From an uncultured Verrucomicrobiae bacterium (GTDB lineage: Bacteria; Verrucomicrobiota; Verrucomicrobiia; Chthoniobacterales; Chthoniobacteraceae): a DNA stretch of 64,000 nt. The stretch lies in NCBI GenBank assembly GCA_963828525.1, contig CAWHEP010000010.1, positions 192,001-256,000 on the forward strand, given 5' to 3'. Positions 59,691 through 64,000 of the stretch are shown here, one piece after another. The notes beneath the pieces were generated by a model. That model was not told the origin of the DNA, searched no databases, and was given only the letters and a program-made list of their open reading frames with translations. The position numbers and the translations under genes were made by a program. The first letter of the stretch is position 1. Each line of letters starts with the position of its first letter.

Positions 59691-61776
59691 ATGAACTTCC
59701 GAATCGCTGATACCTTCACCGAGAGCCTGGGCCGCCTGACGGGTGACGAACAGAAGGCCGTCGAAGACCACGGCTTTCGATCTGCAAATCAATCCCGCGA
59801 GTCCGGGGATGAGCTTTCACAAGCTCGACCAAGCGAAGGACAAGAATTCTGGTCCGTCCGTGTCAGTCGCGACATTCGCCTGATTGTTCACAAGACAGCG
59901 GCGGAGCTGCTGCTGTGCTACGTCGATCATCACGCCAGAGCTTATCGTTGGCCCGACGGCGCAAGCTGAGACACACCCGAAGACGGGCGCGGCGCAATTG
60001 GTCGAGATTCGCGAGCCGATGCCGGAACTCACTTGGTGCCCTATAGGCTATGTGCCTTGAGACGCAAGCATGCGCCGCCGCGATCATAAGCAGGCTCGGC
60101 GGCACCTCTCCCGAGACGAACCCTTCGAGCTACGATGACCCAGCGGCGAATGGCTGAAAGACGTTCACGCGGCCGATGAAGACACGCTCTTAACAATCGC
60201 CGACCATCTTCCCGCCGAAGCTGCGGAAGCGTTGTTGGAATTAGCGACCGGTGGACGGCCGCTCGTGGCTCCTGCCGCTACCGCGCAGGGTTGATCCGTT
60301 TGCGCATCCCGATGCGCAGCGCCGTTTCCGGGTGATGAACGATGTGGAGGAGCTGGAGCGCGCCCTGAACTTCCCTTGGGACAAGTGGACGATCTTTCTT
60401 CATCCCGCGCAACGCGATTGGGTGGAGCGCGACTATAGCGGGCCGGCTCGTGTCGCCCGTTCCGCCGGCACAGGGAAAACGATTGTCGCGCTGCATCGGG
60501 CGGTTTTCCTGGCGCTCGCGAACCCAGATGCCCGAGTGCTGCTGACTACGTTTTCGGACATCCTCGCAAATGCGCTTCGGACGAGGTTGCGGCGCTTGGT
60601 CAGCAATGAGCCGCGTCTCGGGGAACGGCTGGAAGTGGAGTCGATCAGCGCGATCGGGTTGAGACTCTACAAGTCGCTTGTTGGACAGCCGAAGATCGCG
60701 ACGCGGGAAAATATCCTCGAGTTTCTGCGGGATGCAGCCGCCAAGGTCGGGGGCCACAAGTTCAGCCCTCACTTCCTTCTGACTGAGTGGGAACAAGTCG
60801 TGGACGCATGGCAGATCGACTCGTGGGAAGCGTATCGCGACGTGGAAAGGCTCGGACGAAGGACCCGCCTGCCGGAGCCACAGCGGGCGATCCTTTGGTC
60901 GATCTTCGAGAAAGTGAGGAGCAGTCTCGAAAGCCGCGCTCTGATCACGGAAGCGGGCCTTTTCGCAAAGCTCGCCGCTGTAGTCGGCAAGCAGGAACGA
61001 GCACCTTTCGACTTTGCGGTCGTGGACGAAGCGCAGGACATCTCCGTGGCGCACCTGAGATTCTTTGCGGCACTCGGCGGGAATAGGGCCAACGCGCTCT
61101 TCTTCGCCGGGGACCTTGGCCAACGAATTTTCCAACAGCCTTTCTCGTGGCGTTCGCTGGGTGTGGATGTTCGCGGTCGCTCCAAGACTCTCCGCGTGAA
61201 CTACCGCACCTCGCATCAAATCCGAACGCAGGCGGACCGTTTGCTAGCACCCGAGGTATCCGACGCCGACGGTAACACGGAGGGTCGAAACGACACGGTA
61301 TCCGTCTTCAATGGGGCCGTGCCAACCGTCCGCATCTTCGCAAGCGAGGATGCGGAGATTGCAGCAGTCGGCGCCTGGCTTTCCGAAAGAGCCAGGGAGG
61401 GAGTGGCCACGCACGAGTTTGGCGTCTTTGTCCGTTCACCAAAGGAACTGGAGCGGGCGCGCGCGGCCGTGGAGAAGGCTGGACTGCCGTTTGAGATTCT
61501 CGATGAGAAGGGCACTGGTTCGGGCGCTCGCGTTTCGATCAGCACCATGCACCTCGCAAAGGGCCTAGAGTTTCGAGCCGTCGCCGTCATCGGGTGCGAT
61601 GACGAAGTGATTCCTCTCCAAGAGCGAATTGAGAAAGTCACGGAAGACTCCGATCTCCAGGAAGTTTACGATACCGAGCGGCACCTGCTCTACGTCGCCT
61701 GCACCCGCGCACGAGATTACCTGCTCGTGACCAGCGTCGAGCCTGCGTCGGAATTCTGGACGACCTGCGGGCGTAG
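59691..61776 (+). CDS. UvrD-like SF1 helicase with N-terminal RelE/ParE-like domain (indels)
   Basis: N-terminal F..SL.RL...EQKAV..PGMSFHKL..FWSVRVSRDIRLIVH..YVDHH; helicase motifs SAGTGKT, VDEAQD, NYRTS, TMHLAKGLEF, LYVACTRAR. Confidence 0.85.
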
Positions 61777-62169
61777 TGAGTGCAGATGGGGAGAGGGAGG
61801 CCTCACGCAAAGGCGCTAAGGACGCAAAGGGGCAGAGAGGGGGATCGGGGACTGAGCGGGGGAGGAGAAGACTGAGAGGCCGTTGGGCGCGGACGGCTTC
61901 AAGGAGGACGAGGCGTTTAGAAGGACGGGCGCGTAGCGCAACTTGATGGGACGAGGGAGAGGTAGCGCGAGAAGGCTTGATTGGGGAGGGTTCCTGGATT
62001 TAATGGGTGGGTTGCTACGACCAAGCCATGCATCTGTGGAGGCCATTGCGACGTCATATCCATGTGTTTGCTCCTTGCTTTGATGATTCCACGCTTTACC
62101 GCTGCTTCGGCGGGGGATGGGACGTTGGCGCGAGGGGTGGGACGCTCGAGGGATGTTCGCGTTTTCTGC

Positions 62170-62745
62170 ATGAGCACGGGGAGCGGCGGAGAACACGGGT
62201 CTGAGATGGGGTTGCTCGAGCGGATCAAGCTTGGGGATGAGGACGCTTTCTCGCAGTTTTATGATCGATTTTCACCACTGCTTTTTGGGGTGGTTTTCAA
62301 GATATTGAATGATTCCAAGGAGGCGGAGGATGTGGTGCAGGAAGGGTTTCTGCACGTGTGGAACCGGGCGGGGACTTACGACGCGACACGCAGCAGCCCG
62401 GCAACGTGGGCGACTATGATTTTCCGGCATAAGGCCATAGACCGGCTGAGGTCACGAGCGCGACGGGATCGGCGGATGGAGCAGGCGGCACTGGAGCCTG
62501 AGCTCATATTTAATGCCCAGGAGGGGCCGGCGCGGGCGGCTTCGCGGAACGAGGAGAAGGTGGCCATCGCGGCGGCGATGTCGAAGCTTCCAAGCGATCA
62601 GCGCGAGGCGATCGGGTTCGCGTTCATCTCCGGGCTGACGCAGGAGGAAATCGCGAAGAAGCTTGCGACTCCGCTGGGGACTGTGAAGGCGAGGATTCGG
62701 CGGGGGATGTTGAAGTTGAGAGAGTATCTCACAGGGGAGTTATGA
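62170..62745 (+). CDS. ECF sigma factor (SigK-like)
   Basis: AFSQFYDRF, AEDVVQE.F..VW, AIDRLR, LP..QRE, TPLGTVKARIRRG motifs. Confidence 0.92.
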   Translation: MSTGSGGEHGSEMGLLERIKLGDEDAFSQFYDRFSPLLFGVVFKILNDSKEAEDVVQEGFLHVWNRAGTYDATRSSPATWATMIFRHKAIDRLRSRARRDRRMEQAALEPELIFNAQEGPARAASRNEEKVAIAAAMSKLPSDQREAIGFAFISGLTQEEIAKKLATPLGTVKARIRRGMLKLREYLTGEL

Positions 62746-63446
62746 TGGACGAGTCCACTGAAGAAAGGGCGGTGTTGTATGTGTTCGGATTGCTGGACGC
62801 AGAGGAGGCGCGCGTCTTGGAGAAGGAAATAAGGGAGAACGCGGAGCTGGGACGGTTCGTTCGGGAGATGGAGAATATCGCGGCGTCTCTGGCGCAGTGC
62901 GTAGAACCCAGGACGCCACCGGCGGAGTTGAAGCGGCGGTTGATGGCGGAAATCCAGCGCGGGAAAATTGTGACGATGCCAGCGCCGGCGCGGTGGAGCA
63001 ATTCGTGGGCGCCATGGGCAGTGGCGGCTTGTCTGGCGCTGCTGGCCGGGAGCCTGGCGATTGATCGGGCGCGTCTCAAGGAACAGGTTGCGATGATGGC
63101 GGACGAGGACGCGCTCTCGCGGGTGAAGATCGCGACACTTTCGTCGATGCTGGATAGCGCGCCGAAGGGGAGCGCGGTGGTGGTGTGGAATGAGGAGAAG
63201 CAGGAGGGGATCATAAAGGTTGAGAATATGCCGGCGGCGCGGGCGGATCAGGACTACCAGTTGTGGGTGATCGATCCAGGATACAAGCTACCCGTGAACG
63301 CGGGTGTGTTTCACCCGGAAGGTTCTGAGAAGAGGATGTTCAAACCGACGGCCATGATAACGTCACCGGCGAAGTTCGCGGTGACGATTGAGCGGAAGGG
63401 CGGCGCGCCGCATAATGAGGGGCCTATCGTGTTGGTAAGCAAGTAG
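62742..63446 (+). CDS. Anti-sigma factor, RskA family
   Basis: YVFGLL.., PP..LKRRLM, TM helix, DYQLW, FAVTIE..GG...GP; overlaps the sigma gene stop. Confidence 0.9.
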   Translation: MMDESTEERAVLYVFGLLDAEEARVLEKEIRENAELGRFVREMENIAASLAQCVEPRTPPAELKRRLMAEIQRGKIVTMPAPARWSNSWAPWAVAACLALLAGSLAIDRARLKEQVAMMADEDALSRVKIATLSSMLDSAPKGSAVVVWNEEKQEGIIKVENMPAARADQDYQLWVIDPGYKLPVNAGVFHPEGSEKRMFKPTAMITSPAKFAVTIERKGGAPHNEGPIVLVSK

Positions 63447-63708
63447 GGCGGACAGGGAAGGGGATCTAGCGGGCGAGGGAAAGGCACTTCTTCCCCAGGT
63501 AGGGAAGCCTCGCCGAGGCGTCCGTTGGTCGTGAGGACGCCCACTTCAGATCAATCTCCGAAGTCAGCCCGGGGAGAAGGGGAAGCAGCAACGTGGAAAG
63601 TCGCCTGTCAAAACGCACGGAAGCCTCGCGACCCGTCCGTCCGATCAGTCTCCTATCACCTGGAGGATTGCGTTGCAACCGACGCCTTGGTATCCCGCTA
63701 GGCAGACT

Positions 63709-63971
63709 ATGCCGACAATTTCACGTTTTTACGGGATTTCCATTTTGATCAATTACCGAAATGAGCACCCGCCCGCGCATTTCCACGTTTACTACGGCGA
63801 TTTTGAAGCGGTCATCCAAATTCTTCCGCTCGGCATAATCGAGGGCAAACTGCCTCCCAGATCCTCGGGATGGTGATGGAATGGGCTACCATGCGCGAAG
63901 GCGAGTTGCTGCAAGCTTGGGATAATGCTATGCATCAACGTCCGTTGGTCCAAATAGAACCTCTGCCATGA
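63709..63971 (+). CDS. DUF4160 family protein (indel ~63860)
   Basis: MPTISRFYGI.I....EHPPAHFHV.Y, G.LP..., VMEWA...EL..AW, IEPL. Confidence 0.85.
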
Positions 63972-64000
63972 TGCTGAACAACCGGGTAATAGCTGTGAGC
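63968..64000 (+). CDS. Probable DUF2442 partner gene, truncated by the window edge
   Basis: ATG overlaps the DUF4160 stop (MMLNNRVIAVS); the pairing is typical but only 11 codons are visible. Confidence 0.4.
   Translation, partial: MMLNNRVIAVS

Overview
GC-rich bacterial chromosome segment, most consistent with a Verrucomicrobiota/PVC organism (inferred from gene style and an ECF-Ser/Thr kinase pair). It carries many 1-bp indels, even in rpsA, so most frameshifts are probably assembly errors. Core genes: rnc, fucose-isomerase-like gene and rhaB, glgC, glmS, nagA, nagB, arfB, purC, glgB, mnmG, two tandem tmk-like genes, a glutaredoxin and rpsA. Defence island 1 (~21.2-34.7 kb) holds a collapsed type I-G(I-U) CRISPR locus (2-repeat array, cas2, an in-frame HIT/Cas1 chimera). 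It sits back-to-back with a DISARM class II-like operon (C5 MTase, DrmE-like, NERD-helicase, DrmA, DrmB, Vsr) that lacks DrmC. Defence island 2 (~51-61.8 kb) holds type III-like Res and Mod, a GmrSD-like gene and a RelE-like/UvrD fusion. The window appears to span a replichore switch at ~41-51 kb: GC skew and intergenic repeats flip, and a perfect parS lies inside mnmG. Next to it is an unexplained cluster of 25-bp palindromes in tandem mini-gene-like units. Two unrelated secreted proteins share a 98-aa Trp/Tyr-rich C-terminal domain.
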